64,000 nucleotides of DNA from the human T2T-CHM13v2.0 reference genome, Homo sapiens (GCF_009914755.1 NC_060927.1); one strand, 5' to 3'; positions 12,581 through 26,773 are shown, numbered from the stretch's first letter. Notes: a model not told the origin generated them from the sequence alone. Made by a program: numbers and translations.

Positions 12581-12899
12581 GTAACTTCCTCTCCCATTCA
12601 GCTGATCTCCTGCCTCTAAGCTGTTTCCTCTCCAATGTATCTGGACTGATCAAAGCACATCGACTCAACAAATGTTGACTGACTACTCAGTCTGTGAAGA
12701 TTTGGGTTAGGTATTAACCTTCTCAAACACTGCCTTGATCCTTCACTCAAAAGTTCTTCAGTGGAAAAAGACCCCTCAATATTCAAATTCTAGTCTTCCT
12801 TTCACATCTAATCTTCAATTATAAGCCTTCCCAATCCTCCTAATTCACTTTTCATGGAATAAACAACATTGTTTCTTACTTTGGGACTTTTGTTTAGAC

Positions 12900-13087
12900 C
12901 AGTGATTCTTAAACTCTAGTGTGCTTCAGAATCCCCGGGAAGGCTGGTTAATGCAGACTGCTGGGCCCCTCCCCTCAGGCTTCTGAAGCAGTACAACTGG
13001 GTTGGGGCCTTAGCACCTGCATTTTAAACAAGTTCCCAGGTGATGCTGATGCTCTTCTTCAGAGGACCAAACTGTTGGAACACTTAG
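12900..13087. mobile_element. MER5A hAT-Charlie DNA transposon
   Basis: cagtgattcttaaact start and tgcattttaaacaagttcccaggtgatgctgatgc motif. Confidence 0.85.
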
Positions 13088-13755
13088 CTTAGACCATTTC
13101 CAGGGTTCTGAAAGAAAATATAAAGCAAAGAAGACCAAGAGAAACAACTGGCCTTTTTGCAGGTAATATTGTTAAGTATATAACATAGAGTTTGGAATAT
13201 GCTATACATGTGTTAGGTTTGTAGAGGGCAAGACTTGGATTGGGTAAATATTAATTAGGTATATCCACCACATACAATGTATTAAGTACAATGTTAGGCT
13301 GGCTAAATATTATGTAATAGCAAGTTGAAACCCACACAAAGTGACAAGCATTTTAATAAGAAAACAGGGTAGATTTCACCACTCAAGATGCCCACTTCAA
13401 GTCAAATGAAATTTGCAGATATTGGAAATACATGTTTGACACCAAACCCAGGGCGTATAATGGTGTCGTTATTCATACCTAAGTAACCTTACACCTCTCC
13501 AGGACCAAGGCAATTCTATTGATTAGTACTTACGTGAGTTCATGGCACCCAAGAGGCGTTCAATAAAGCTAGTCCCTCAGGCCCACTGTAATGTGGCTAA
13601 CACCAACTCAGTGTCCTCGGGGACGCAGATGGTCTGGAAGTGGTCCAAGATCAAGCAAGGTTTGTTTAAATGCCAGTACTTAACATTCTTGTGAATAGCT
13701 ACCTTTGACAGAGCTTCCTCAATTCCGAAAAAGGGTCTGAAGGTAAAGAACATAC

Positions 13756-13890
13756 CTGCTGATTCTGTAGTGTATTCAACCGAGAATCAAGTTTCTTCTT
13801 TTCAATACACAAATCATTCATCTGATAAAGCTTTCTGGTGTGTTCTTTTGTCTTCATCATCAGTTCCCATCGCATTTGAGCAATCTTTTC
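13756..13890 (-). CDS. CFAP44: CFAP44 exon ([13 protein letters not shown]...LNTLQNQQ)
   Basis: AG and GTATG boundaries; 135 nt, phase 0-0; coiled-coil composition; missed by the ORF track. Confidence 0.93.
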
Positions 13891-14339
13891 CTACCAGGGT
13901 GGGAAGATGCAAAATAGATGTAGTGAATACGAGAAGAAAGAAAGAAAAATGAGTGTCCAGATTTGGTCAAAATCATCAGGCAAATGGAGCAATGTGCCCA
14001 TATGAAAATATAATCAGAAGCCAATATGAAAATGCAACACAAAGTGCATTGGGTCTGGTTTGATTAAAGATAAGAATATAAGTATGCTCAAGAATAGGAG
14101 TAGGTAGAAATAAGATAGATGTGGACATCATTGTATTATTGAGGAATGAAATTACTATGCATACTGATTGCTGGTACTCATTACTTAAAAGGAAGGGTGA
14201 TAATTTAAGCAGCTAACTTTTCTGTATTGCTTTTTCCCCATCTTTTCCCAGTCTTGGCCCAGGATCCTTAAGGTAGCTGGCTTGAGTGGCCACACATCTG
14301 TATAATGGCTTTCTTTTGTTTTCTTATTGCTCCATCGGT

Positions 14340-14482
14340 TGCTCACTGCAACCTCTAACTTCTGGGCTCAAGTGATCCTCTGCCTAAGCCTCTCAAGTAG
14401 CTGGGACTACTGGTGTGCAACACCACACCCAGCTAATTTTTTATTTTTTGTAGAGACAGGGTCTCACTACATTGCCCAGGCT
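14340..14482 (-). mobile_element. Alu fragment (AluJ-like)
   Basis: Internal Alu sequence in reverse orientation. Confidence 0.85.
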
Positions 14483-14964
14483 TCCAACAAATTATTTTAG
14501 ATTGCATATATTATCGCCAACATTCCCTTAATAGGGACCAGTCCCACTGACATGAACACTATTTGCTTCTTTAAAGTACAGTGGTACATCTTGGATTAGA
14601 AAAGTTGAGATGGAGCCATTGGACAACACAGCACTAGGAAGCTCTCCTCCTACCCCATCTGCTAATGAGATAAGACAGGAAACTGGAGAAGTCATCATGA
14701 TTTTGTGGACTTATAAAATCTTTGTGAAAGCTCCTATCTCTGAATCAGGCTGGAACCAGGCCAAGGCTCATCTCATGGCTCAGGGAACAATATGTAGGCA
14801 TTAACATCCTCTAAGACTGTATCAGCCAAACAGTCTATGCCTTGTTACAAAATTTATTACTTAGAGGTGTTTCATAATTTCCAAATTGGCACAGCATGCA
14901 AAAACCATACAGTAATACAATTCAAGCCTGAGAGGATAGCCACTCCATTTCTAAAACTGTCAGA

Positions 14965-15480
14965 GCATTTATACTTTTTAAAAAAATGTAGGTTCAGGTG
15001 TACATGTACAAGTCTGTGACTTGGATATACTGTGTAATAGTGAGGTTTGGGTTTCTAGCAGACCCATCACCAGATAGCAAACGTTGTACCTAGTAGGTAA
15101 TTTTTCAACCCTCACCCCCACCATCCTCCCCGCTGCTGGAGTCCCCAGTGTTTATTATTTTCATCTTTATGTCCACATGTACCCATTGTTTAGCTCCCAC
15201 TTATAAGTGAGAACATGCAGTATTTGATTTTCTGAGTTATTTCATATAGGATAATGGCCTCCAGCTCCATTCGTGTTGCTGCAAAGGACATGATATCATT
15301 TTTTATGGCTGCGTAGTAATCCATGGTATTCTATATACATATATATACATACACACATACACAGCACATTTTCTTTGCCCGACTGGTGTGAGATGATATT
15401 TCATTTTCTCATTGTGGTTTTAATTTGCATTTCTCCAATGATTAGTGATGCTGAGCATTTTTAAATATAATTTTTGGCTG
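14965..15480 (-). mobile_element. L1 3' end fragment (L1PB/L1PA-like) with internal deletion and TA/CA tract
   Basis: Reverse L1 3' UTR motifs ccacttataagtgagaacatg and tgttgctgcaaaggacatg. Confidence 0.85.
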
Positions 15481-15793
15481 CAGAGCATTTATACATTAAT
15501 GTAGGCCTCAAAATGAGATCTCTCCATAATCTTTCATCCATTTTACATAATATTTATATGCACCCTGGACCCCAAAACCTAGTGCTGGTGCTCTCACTCC
15601 AAGATAAACAAGTCCCTCTAACTAAGTGAACAGTAAAGAAGCCGAGACAAGGCCTAAGATCCTGGGGCAGCCAAAGGGGGCTCGCGGACCAGCTCCAGCT
15701 ACACAGATGCTTCATGGGTACCACTTCCTGCTCCCTGGGATTTCTTGCCTCCAGCCAGATTCAACCAAAGATCAACCCCCTTCTCTTCCTTAC

Positions 15794-15954
15794 CTCCCAC
15801 ATCTTCATCTCTTTCGCATTTGCTAGCTCCTTTCGAAGTTTTCTGATCTTCAGTTCTTCAAGTGTTGTATTAACAGAAAGCGTTTGAAGGGCTTCTAGAT
15901 TTACCACACGGCCAAACTTGCTGATCATGAGCTGCCGGACTGTTTCCTCCATTT
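15794..15954 (-). CDS. CFAP44: CFAP44 exon ([15 protein letters not shown]...KEMKMWE)
   Basis: AG and GTAAG; 161 nt, phase 1 to 0. Confidence 0.94.
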
Positions 15955-16309
15955 CTAAAAGAAGACAGTCACTGGCTCAGGTTGTTCAATGGCTCCCATT
16001 GTTATAAATGAACACCAGGAACAATAACATTCTAAGGAACTGCTTTTGCAAGATGATGAAAGATTTTATGCCATCAGTGATTTTTCTTCTGTGATTTTTT
16101 CTGCTGCTTTCCTCATTTAAAAATGCCCATTCGGTATTGTCTTTTCACCTTCTGAATCCTGTGTAAAACTGACTCAATGTTCCCAACTGGATTATGGACT
16201 GATCTGCCCCTCCTCAGACTGTTAACAGGCACCAACTAGATTATGAGCTTGTCAGTTTTTTCAAATATGGCACTTTACAGCATCTAGTATTAAGAATAGA
16301 GCAGGCACT

Positions 16310-16810
16310 TCAGAGAAGTCTCCATCTTACTCCAGGTAAATAATGACAATCCCTTTGGGAATTCAGGAGGCCCTGCATGGTCAGCCTGCCTACCCTGCTT
16401 TCTCTCCCCGCTGCTTTCTCATGCCTCTCCTCCTTACCACCCTACTCTAGACACACTGGCCACCTCTGTGCTTCTCAAACATGCCAGGCTCACCCCAGCC
16501 TCATTTCCTCCTATCTGAACTGCTCTTCCCCAGAGATCCACACGGCTTGCTCCTCCCAGCCCATTTTCTAAAAGCAAGCTGATACTGGAGCTGTGACTAA
16601 GAGCAGGCTCTTATCCTCTAGCCAGGGATAACTACATATTATCAGATGTGCTGCCTTTCCATGGAGGCTTTCCCTGCCTCCCATGGACCTCAGCACTCTT
16701 TTTCTCAATCCATTTTTAATTTTTCTTCTTAGCAACTAACTAACATGTAAGATCTAGCATGCAATATATTTTACTTTTGTTTTTGTCTTTCCCCAATGTG
16801 AGAACACTAG
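16310..16810 (+). mobile_element. L2 fragments
   Basis: cacactggcc...ctcaaacatgccaggc and related L2 motifs. Confidence 0.55.
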
Positions 16811-16984
16811 AACACCTCTCCAAGAAAACATAATCTTGTAACAGGACTTTCTCAATGACCAGACTGTCCCCTAAGAGAAGTTTGAAGGCCTTAATATGCA
16901 GCAAGATGATTCAATTCTTTTATAGTGCAGAAATTTGTATTGGGGCATAATTGTTACAATTTACATTTGAATTAGAATAGTACA

Positions 16985-17085
16985 ATTGGCATGGCTGCCA
17001 TTATGCACAATCCAGGAGGGGCTATTCACTTTCTATTCTATGTAAGTAATGCCCCACGGACATGTATAATGTGGTGGCCATCTAA
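16985..17085. mobile_element. MER91-like palindromic hAT MITE remnant
   Basis: tgcacaatccaggaggggctattcac...gtaatgcccc imperfect inverted repeat. Confidence 0.6.
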
Positions 17086-17519
17086 TCAGTGACGCAAATG
17101 AAACGATGAATAGATGATGTGCACGTGTGTGCTGGCCTGTGGCTGCCTGCCTGGCCTCTCTCAGTAAAGAGCTTTGATTTCCCCTCAGCTAGCCCCACCC
17201 CCATACAAGGGGTTGCCCTCTTGCATGGCAGCCTCATATACCAGAACATGTACTCTGATCCCTGCCAGCTCCATTGTGGAGCCAGCCCAGTGTCCTTCTC
17301 CTATGCTGAAGAGGCCAGCAGCTAATGCTCAGTAGGGACATAAAGTCTTCTGGAACACTCACTACCCACCTTCCCCATGGCTGTGAGCTGTGCTCTCCCT
17401 AGAATGGAGAGAACTTATTCCTTCTCACCCTCATGTTCTAGGCTCTCCTCTTCTTCCCCATTGGATCTAGAGATGGAGAAAGGCAACAAGCTAACTGCAG
17501 TGTTATTCACCACTTCTAA

Positions 17520-20500
17520 GCCATATGGTCCAGCCATATATCCCAATTCTGGGCACATATCCAAAAGAAATGGAAGCAGAGACATAAAGAGATATTTGTA
17601 CACTCATGTTCATCACAGTACTATTCACAATAGCCAAAAAATGGGAAGCAATCCAGCTGCCCATTGACAAATAAATGTGTAAACAAAATGTGGCATGTAC
17701 ATATAATGGAATATTATTTGCCTTAAAAAGGAAGAAAATTCTGACACATGCTACAACACGGATAAACCTGAAAGACATTATCCTAAATAGAATAAGCCAG
17801 TCACAAAAAGACAAATACTGTATTATTCTCCTCATTATGAAGTACTTCGAGTAGTCAAGTTCACAGAGACAGAAAGTAGAGTGGCAGTTTCCTGGAGCGG
17901 AGGGAGAGGAAAATGGGAGTTACTGTTTAGTGGATATGGAGTTTGGGAAGATGAAAAGTGTTCTGGAGATGGATGGTGGTGATGGTTGCACAATCATCTG
18001 AATGTACTTAGTGCCATTGAACTGTCCACTTACAAATGGTTAAAATCATAAATGTTATGATATGTACATTTTACTGCAATTTAAAAAATAAACTTAGAAA
18101 TTATTAACCCTAAAATAAAAGATTAATAAATTAAAATCACACAGTTATTGTTCATCAAAAGCCACCATAAAACAATCAACAAAGTAAAAAGATAACTCAC
18201 AGAATGAGAGAAAATATTTGCAAATTATTCATCTGACAAGGGGTTAATAACCAGAATATATAAGGAGCTTGAACAACTCTATAGAAAAATATCTACTAAT
18301 CCAATTTTTAAATGGGCAAAAGATCTGAAGAGACAGTTCTTAAAAGAAGACATACAAATGGCAAACAGGTACATGAAAAGGTGCTCAACATTGCTGATCG
18401 TCAGAAAAGTGCAAATAAAAGCTACAATGAGATATCATCTCACCCCTGTTAAAATGGCTTTTATCCAAAAGACAGACAGTAACAAATGCTGATGAGGATG
18501 TAGAGAAAACGAAACCCTCATACACGGTTGGTGGGAATGTAAATTAGTGCAACCACTTGGAGAGCAGTTTGGAGATTCCCCAAAACACTAAAAACAGAGC
18601 TATCATATGATCCAGCAATCCCACTGCTAGATAAATACCCAAAAGAAAGGAAATCAGTATATTGAAGAGATACCTACACTCCCATATTTATTGCAGCACT
18701 ATTCATAATAGCCAAGATTTGGAAGCGACTTACTGTCCCTCAACAGACAATGGATAAAGAAAATGTGGTACATGTAGACAATGGAGTACTATTCAGCCAT
18801 TAAAAAATAAGATCCAGCTAGGCACAGTGACTCACACCTGTAATCCTAGGGCTTTCTGAGGCTGAGACAGGCGATTGCTTGAGCCCAGGAGTTTGAGACC
18901 ATCCTGGGCAACATAGCAAGATCCCATCTCTACAAAAACAAGCAAAAAAGTTACCCAGGCATGGTGGTGTATGCCTGTAGTCCCAGTTACCCAGGAGGCT
19001 GAGGCAGAAGGATCACCTGAGCCTGAGAGGTCAAGGCTGCAGTAAGCCATGATTGCGCTACTGCACTCCAGCCTGGAAGACAGAGTGAGACCCTGTCTCA
19101 AAGAGAGAGAGGTCTTGTCATTTGCAAGAACATGTATGGATCTGAAGTCATTACATTAAGTGAAATAAGCCAGGCACATAAAGACAAACTTTGCATGCTC
19201 TCCCTTATTCGTGAGAGCTAAAAATTTAAACAACTGAACTCATGGAGATAGAGAGTAGAATGACAGTTACTAGAGTCTGGGAAGGATAGTGGAGGTGGGG
19301 GATGTGGGAATGGTTAATGGGTACAAAAACAGTTAGATAGAATAAATAAAATCTGGTATTTGATGGCCCAGCAGGGATACTATGGTGAATAATAACTTAA
19401 TTGTACATTTTAAAATAACTAAAAGAGTATAATCGGATTGTTTGTAACATAAAAGATAAATGCTTGAGGTGAGGATATCCCATTTACCCTGATATGATTA
19501 TTAGACATTGTATCTCTGTATAAGAATATCCCATATATCTTATAAATATATATATATATACCTACTATGTACCCACAAAAAATAAAAATTGAAAACAAAT
19601 TTTTAATTATCTTTAAAAAGCCTCCATAAACGTGAAAACAAAAAACCAAAGGAATATATTTGGAAAACCCATAACCAACAAAGGATTAGTATCAAAAAAA
19701 AATTCATACATATCAATTTTTTTAAAGGCAAACAAATCAAGAGAAAAATGAACAAAATACATGAACAGACATTTTATAGAATAGGAAACATTAAAGGCCC
19801 AAAGACATATAAAATGTGCTTAACCTTATTAGTGGTTAGGAAAATGAAATTAAGACCATGAGTTACCACTTTATACTTTCCAGTTTGGCAAAAATTCAAA
19901 GTCTAATAAGATTATGTATTTTCAATGATGTATGTAGCTCAAAGGGGACTCTTAAGTGCCGCTGATTGGAGTGTAAATTGATGTAATCATTTTGGAAGAT
20001 AATTTAACATTTTTTAAAAAGTTAAACACTTATATGCCCTACGACCCAGCTGTTCTACTTTTAGGTATGAAACCCTTATATTTTTAGAAACTCTTGTAAA
20101 CATATACCATGTACAAGAATTTTCATAGCAGAATCATCAAAGCAAAAGAACATAAAGCAATTTAAATGTCCACTGTCAACAGAAGAATGAATCATTTTAG
20201 TAGAATCATATGATATATTTTACAATGAAGACAAACAACAGCTATATGCTATATTACGTCTACTCTTATGAATATAATATTAAATGAGAGTATGCTTCAA
20301 AAGGCTACATATGATGTAATATTTCTACAAAGTTCTAAAGCAATATATTATTTAGAAGTACAGGTAAATATAACTTTTTTTTAATGAAAGGGAATGCTAA
20401 ACATAAAATTGGGAATGGTGGCTATCTCTGAATATGGGGAGACAGAGAATGGGATGGAAAGAATGCACACAGATAGATGTTACAGTGTTGGTAATAATAT

Positions 20501-20600
20501 TGTTAATAAGTTGGGTGGGTGGGTTCATTCTGTTGTAATACTCCACTGCTTATATGTATGTTCCACATATCAAATATTACTAAAGTATTTTAAAAGATAA
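17520..20600 (+). mobile_element. Cluster of L1 3' fragments (L1MB-, L1MA- and L1ME-like), antisense to CFAP44
   Basis: Three successive ORF2-end/3' UTR segments (about 17520-18090, 18170-19600, 19630-20600). Confidence 0.85.
18816..19110 (+). mobile_element. AluJ inserted in L1MA
   Basis: Full dimer with J-type ggtcaaggctgcagt. Confidence 0.92.
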
Positions 20601-20704
20601 TTATCTTTATACCATACATCTTATACTATATACCTCAATTTTAAGTGGGTTAAAAACCCAAATGTGAAGGGCACAACTAATTAGGAAACTACTGAAAATG
20701 ATCT

Positions 20705-21370
20705 TTTTAAATGGACAAAAATTGTATATATTATCATATACAACATGCTGTTTTGAAATACACACACATTGTGGAATGGCTAGATTGATAGATTGAGCTA
20801 ATTAACTTAAGCATTGCCTCACATACTTTCTTTTTCATGTTGTGAGAACACTTAAAATTTACTCTTAGCAATTTTCAAGAATATAACACATTGTTATTAA
20901 CTATAGTCATCATAGTATACAATAGATCTCTTGAAATTGTTCTTTGGATCTCACTGAAATTTTGTATCCTGTGACCAACATCTCCCCAAACTGTACCCCA
21001 GCCCACAACCACAGACCCTGGTAACCATCATTCTATTCTGTTTCTATGAGTTTAACTTTTTTATACTCTGCATATAAGTGATGTCATGTGGTATTTTCTT
21101 TCTGTGCCTCTTATTTCACTTAACATATTGTCCTCCAAGTTTATCCATGTTGTTGCACATAATAGGGTTTCCTTCTTTTTTAAGGCTGAATAGTATTTCA
21201 TTGTGTACATATACCACATTTTCTTTAGCCACTCATCTGTTTATGGACACTTAGGTTGATTCCATGTCTTGGCAATTGTGAATAATACTGCAGTGAACAT
21301 AGGACTGCAGATGTCTCTTCTGCATACTGATTACTAATTTCATTTCCCAGTAGTGGAATGGTTGGACCAA
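20705..21370 (-). mobile_element. L1MA 3' end fragment
   Basis: Reverse L1MA 3' UTR (aaaatttactcttagcaattttcaag). Confidence 0.85.
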
Positions 21371-21519
21371 AAAATATCTTTATGACCTCAAAATAGGAAT
21401 GGATTTCTTAAGCAAGACACACACACATACACATAGTGCACAAACCATAAATAAGTAGATTGATTAAAAAAATTACTATATTAAGATTTAAAACATCTGT
21501 ATCCAAAGATACACTAGAC

Positions 21520-21565
<46 letters not shown>

Positions 21566-21566
21566 T

Positions 21567-21895
21567 AGCCAGGCACTGTGGCTCTCGCCTGTAATCCCAG
21601 CACTTTGGGAGGCCAAGGCAGGCAGATCACCTGGGAGTTTGAGACCAGCCTGGCCACCATGGAGAAACCCCATCTCTACTAAAAAACACAAAAATGAGCC
21701 GGGCGTGGTGGCAGGCGCCTGTAATCCTAGCTACTCGGGAGGCTGAGGCAGGAGAATTGCTTGAGCCCAGGAGGCAGAGGTTGCAGTGAGCCAAGATCAC
21801 GCCACCACGATAGAGGTGAGACTCCAGCCTGGGCGATAGAGTGAGACTCCATCTCAAAAAAAAAAAAAAAAAAAAAAGAAAAAGAAAAGAAAAAA
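21567..21895 (+). mobile_element. AluS preceded by a ~40 nt poly(A) tract (21524-21563)
   Basis: Alu dimer with A tail. Confidence 0.93.
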
Positions 21896-22765
21896 GACAA
21901 GTTACAAACTAGAAGAGATTTGCAGTGCATTCAATGGACAAAAAGGATATATTAAGAACTCCCTAAAATCAATTTAAAAGCAAAAAATAGAAATCAAAAA
22001 TGGACAAAGGATAGGACAGGCAAGTTACAGAAAATAAAATAAATAAATGGCAAATATATGTATGTAAAGATATTTAACTTCACCAGCAATCAAAAAATGT
22101 GAATAAAAACCACAATGAAATGTAATTTAACATCTCACAGGCTGGCAAAAATATTAAAGTCTGATAATATCAACTGTTGATGACAATATGGAGCCTGGGC
22201 AATTCTCACACATTGCTAGGGGAGGAGAAATTTGTTCAACCACTTTGGGGGCAACCTGGCAATATCCAGGAGAGCTGAAAATGTACATATCCCTCTGTAA
22301 CCCAGAGACCCAGTACTAGGATTCACCTTCTCACACATGTGCACAGGGAGATGTGTACAAGAAGGTTTCCTGTAACATTGTCTATAATAATGAAAAATAA
22401 TAAATATCCTAAATATCCATCAATAGGAGGCTAAATAAAATATTTAATATTCATAAATGGAATTTTGTAGCAGTAAAGTGAATAAACTATCTGTAGTTTA
22501 TGGATAACTTAAAAATTGGTTTAATAAAGTGAACCACAAAATGATATAGATATCATTTTGCACAGTTAAAAATATGCAAGGTAGGTCTCCATATTGTGTG
22601 TGGACACATCCATATGTATGTGTGCATACCTGGTGGTGAACCCCGAGGAAGGAGCCACAGAATTGCATTAGAAAGAGATGGGGCTTCGATTGTATCTCAA
22701 CGTTTTCTTTCTTAACCTGGGTAGTCTTGCACTTGGGTTATTATTGTATTATTCTATATTTTAAT
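21896..22765 (+). mobile_element. Old L1ME-like 3' region
   Basis: Degenerate ORF2 end and 3' UTR motifs. Confidence 0.7.
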
Positions 22766-23001
22766 CATACACAAAGAGAAGATGATTCTATGACAAAAGA
22801 TTTCTCCCTTTAAAACAGGAAAGCGAGCTTTTCATGGCATCAGGAGAAACGGTGAGTAGGAAGATGTTGTGGTGTTCTTGTTTCCCTTCTCAGTGGTTCT
22901 GAGTCTGCAATTACTATTTTCACAGTTGGAGACAGTCACCTGGATAATTCCCTTTCTTACCAATAAACCTTACTAGCAAGGCTGTGGGCTTAGATACTCA
23001 C

Positions 23002-23203
23002 TGTGTATGGTTTTTGTCATTTCTCTCTTTTCTCGGATGAGCTGTTTACGTCTCTCTCTCCATTCTTTGTTAAGTTTTTGCTGCTTGGAATTTTCCTCCT
23101 GGAGCTCACGGATTCGTTCTTGCAGCCGTCTCAAGGCATGGTTAGAGAAGACCAAAGTACCAGAAAGATCGCTAGGTATTTCTCCAAATACCACATACTC
23201 TAT
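23002..23203 (-). CDS. CFAP44: CFAP44 exon ([15 protein letters not shown]...EMTKTIH)
   Basis: AG and GTGAGT; 202 nt, phase 0 to 1. Confidence 0.94.
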
Positions 23204-24121
23204 CTACAAGCATAAAACAAATCAAAAGAAAATAGACAAAAACACAGATTTTGTATGGCAACAGAAAGCATAAGAGGTGCACTTCCTTCTTTGCCCCTTG
23301 TTTAGCTCCTTGCCTTTGGGCTTCTACGTCTTCCTTACTGAGTAACAGTAGCCAGGCAAACACAGAAAGATGCTGTCAGACAGAAAGCCACATCACGTCT
23401 CTGTGGGGATAGCAAATCCTCCCACACAGATCATGCCTATTATCTACTGCATAATGATGTGACAAACATTTCAGGGCTGGCATACTAGGCAAACCGCTCC
23501 ATTTAGCTCATCCAGTTTGGGTCAGGTTACACAAAACATATATAAGGCTGATCTTGTTGTTGTTGTTTTCCTAAAATACAGCTTTTTCTCTTAACCTGAC
23601 AAAGGAGAATACAATAAGCCTTTTCTCTTAATGATATGTATTCCTGCAATTTAATATAAGTTGCAATTCAAATAGAAATGAACAAGAAAAGTAAAAAAGA
23701 GAAAATATTTTCCTTTTGTCCTGACCTCCCTCACCAATGAGTAGAGACTAAGCAAAGGTCATTTTAGCATGATTAGTCCATGTATAGATAAAGATGGTGT
23801 GAAAAGTGGCATGGGTATAAGAGCCAAGATTTCACCCTCTGAGCCATTGCATTCTTAAATCATAGGCTCCTCATTTCTCTAGACTTGAAATGACTGATTT
23901 CCAAAGTGCTAATTGGCCACAGGGAAATATCCATGTTTTGATGTTACTCTTTTATAACAATCTGACAGTGGATAAGACAAGTGTAGGTGTCATTCTACAG
24001 GTGGAATTCTCAACAAAGAACCACGATTCTCCCCATTAGTGAACTATGAATCTTTCTCTGAAAAGCTTGGGTGTGATGACTCTTCTCGGACAGGATGGAG
24101 CAGCCTCCCCAGACGCATCAC

Positions 24122-24238
24122 CTGGTGGAGCTTGAGCGGAATCACAACTAGCAGTTCATTCAGCCGCTGCTGCTTCTCTCGCTGATAAGCCTCCAGGGCC
24201 TCCTCTGCTGCATTCAGATTAGTTGCCACAATTTTCAC
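24122..24238 (-). CDS. CFAP44: CFAP44 exon ([13 protein letters not shown]...IPLKLHQ)
   Basis: AG and GTGATG; 117 nt, phase 0-0. Confidence 0.93.
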
Positions 24239-24820
24239 CTATAGAAAGCCCCGTGTCGTGAAATGGTGACAAGACTCAATAAACATACATCTAAAGATGG
24301 TGAATGAAGGCATCTTGGGAGGAAGTAAAGCATGAGCAGAATCTGCTTTGTTGGGCTGTGATTAAGTGCATGATCCCAGTTTGCAACTCAGGAATGCATA
24401 TTATTTTCTTTCTGCCAAGTTATGATCCACATCACTCTTCAGTCATTTCTATGACTCCAGAGTTATAAAGTTTTGTGAATAAGAGCCCAGAAGACATGTC
24501 CTCATCTCCCTTTTATTTTCTGCATGAAAAGCAGCCCATCAGCATGGAATGTCTTTGACAGAATGGTGGGAGTCTTTTTTGGTCATGACTTCAACAAATT
24601 AAAGAAAGTTTCAGTGCTTTAAAGCAATGAAACTGCTAACTATAGTATTTCTAAAGCACATTCTCCATGTCCTAGAAAACCTGAAAGTTTTCCAAATCAT
24701 TTCCTGTTTGCAAGAGGAGAAATAATACATCAAAAATATTTCTGAACATGAATGAAGTTAAGTGATGTTGCTCTAGACAAGAGTACCTAAGAGGGAAAGT
24801 GAGCAGATTAAGGCAGAAAT

Positions 24821-25089
24821 TGGTGGTCTCCAACATGGGATGCATGCACCCCAGATGATCAACAAAATCATCTATTGGGGTATAAATTGAAAATGTCAGA
24901 GTTTCTATTTCTATTTATTTTTATCTCATTCTATTTAATTTCTGTTTTTGTGGATGTTTCCTATTGTACAAGATACATAATAGTTCATAAATACAATTTA
25001 TAAATACATATACATTTATTGTATGGGGAGGGGCTCCATTTTCATTTTTTTTACTTATACAGTCATCAGAAAAGTCTGGAGACCAATGA
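24821..25089. mobile_element. hAT-Charlie MITE (MER112-like)
   Basis: Terminal inverted repeats tggtctccaac ... tctggagacca around an AT-rich core. Confidence 0.7.
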
Positions 25090-25286
25090 CTGACATAAAG
25101 TAAGTCCAATGATCAAAAAAGCAATGTCCCCCACCACAATTTAGGGAGAAAAAAACCTGCCCTTAACATTTGAAATGTTTCTTTTCTGAGAAGTCCTAAT
25201 ATTGTCATTGCTATAAAAAGGCAATATTATAGCTAGGAGGATGTGTAGCATTTTGAGAGGATAAATAAGTAAACAGATCACCATAC

Positions 25287-25417
25287 TTTTTTTGACAATG
25301 TATCATATTCCTTTTTGAGGTTATCAACAATTTTCTTTTCTTCAACTAAAGCCTCCTCAATGTCCAGCCTTTTCTCTCGAAGGTGAAGGGCCAGCTCAAA
25401 AAGAGCCACATCACAAT
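25287..25417 (-). CDS. CFAP44: CFAP44 exon ([15 protein letters not shown]...EYDTLSKK)
   Basis: AG and GTATGG; 131 nt, phase 1 to 0. Confidence 0.93.
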
Positions 25418-25619
25418 CTGCCAAGAGAATTAAAATAAAAACCAGCCTCATTTGTTATGGAATGTGGTAGTACTAAAATTGTGAACTTTGGAGATTCAGA
25501 ATCAATAATGTCTATTTATGGATCCACTCTAGCCAGCTTTTAAGACACTTATGGCTTAATTGTTCCAGGTTGAAATTATTAGTATTACTAATAACCATAA
25601 AATAATAATAGTATTGATG

Positions 25620-25980
25620 TTGTGAGCAGTACTCTGAAGCAGGCTTTGTGCTAAGCCCTTTATGTATGTTATCTCACTCAAGGCTCATAGACCCTGCAAG
25701 GCAGAAACTATTATTCCCATATATAGGTGAATACCTTAAGTCTCAGAGAGGTGACATAACCAGTACATAACAGAATGGGATTCAAGTGCATTATCTCTCT
25801 ATTATTTCCACAATATCACACTAAGAGCCACCTTTATCCACCAAGTAATAGAGAATGTAGAAATGGAATACTAAAATAGAATTCAGGAAGCTTAGATCTA
25901 GCCCTAGTGCTATCACCATACTAACTGTGAGTCATTCTTCAAGCCATTTAATTATCCTGCTAAAAAATAATGAGTTGGCA
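25620..25980. mobile_element. MIR fragments
   Basis: tattattcccat...ggtga...ctcagagaggt core. Confidence 0.6.
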
Positions 25981-26499
25981 TTAGGTTTGTGTGCTCTATT
26001 TCACTCATAAATATTATGATTTTTAAAGACCATTGTATTCAAAAGTAAAACAAGATAAAAACTTTATCTGAAATTAAACTTTTAAAATTTAATTAAAACT
26101 TTATTTGAAATGTCTAGAAAAACAAATTACAGATCCCAAAACTTGTTTTTTCTCTACTGAACCATTCATCTATTGAGACTGCAAGAAATTGGTCTGGCTG
26201 CTCCAGACTGGTTTCACCAGTGAAAACAGTGAATGTAAATTGTCAAGCATTTCCAGGACACTAGTCAAAATGCCCTTACAAAACAGATCTGCAACACAAA
26301 AATTTGAATAGGTTTGTCAAAAAGGGAGATTCCTGTAAAATATATATGTAAATTACAGTCTGGCATTTCTCTATAAAATTAAACTTGCTACATAACTTAT
26401 AACTCTGAATCAACTGTCAATTGTCTGCATATTATTTGTCACTCATAAATGGCTGCCTAAGAGAACAGATAATAAATCACCCAGAGAGCCCCCAAAAGT

Positions 26500-26760
26500 A
26501 TTCATTAATGTTTTCCCTGACCATACTATTGGAAATAGCAATGTGCCTCTCCATCCCCACTCCTGCACTCCCTTCATTTCTTTTCCCATAGTATGTACCA
26601 CCTTCTAAGATTCTGTTTAATTGACTTCTTATATTTATTGTCTTTCTCCACTAGACTATAAGCTCCATGAGGATGAAGGAGTTTGTTTTATACTTTGATG
26701 TATCCTTAGCATCAGATAAGTGCCTGGCACATAGTAGAAGTTGAATATTATTGAATAAAG
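26500..26760 (+). mobile_element. L2 3' end
   Basis: ccactagactataagctccatgagg...gtgcctggcacatagtag. Confidence 0.8.
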
Positions 26761-26773
26761 AAATAAATATCCT

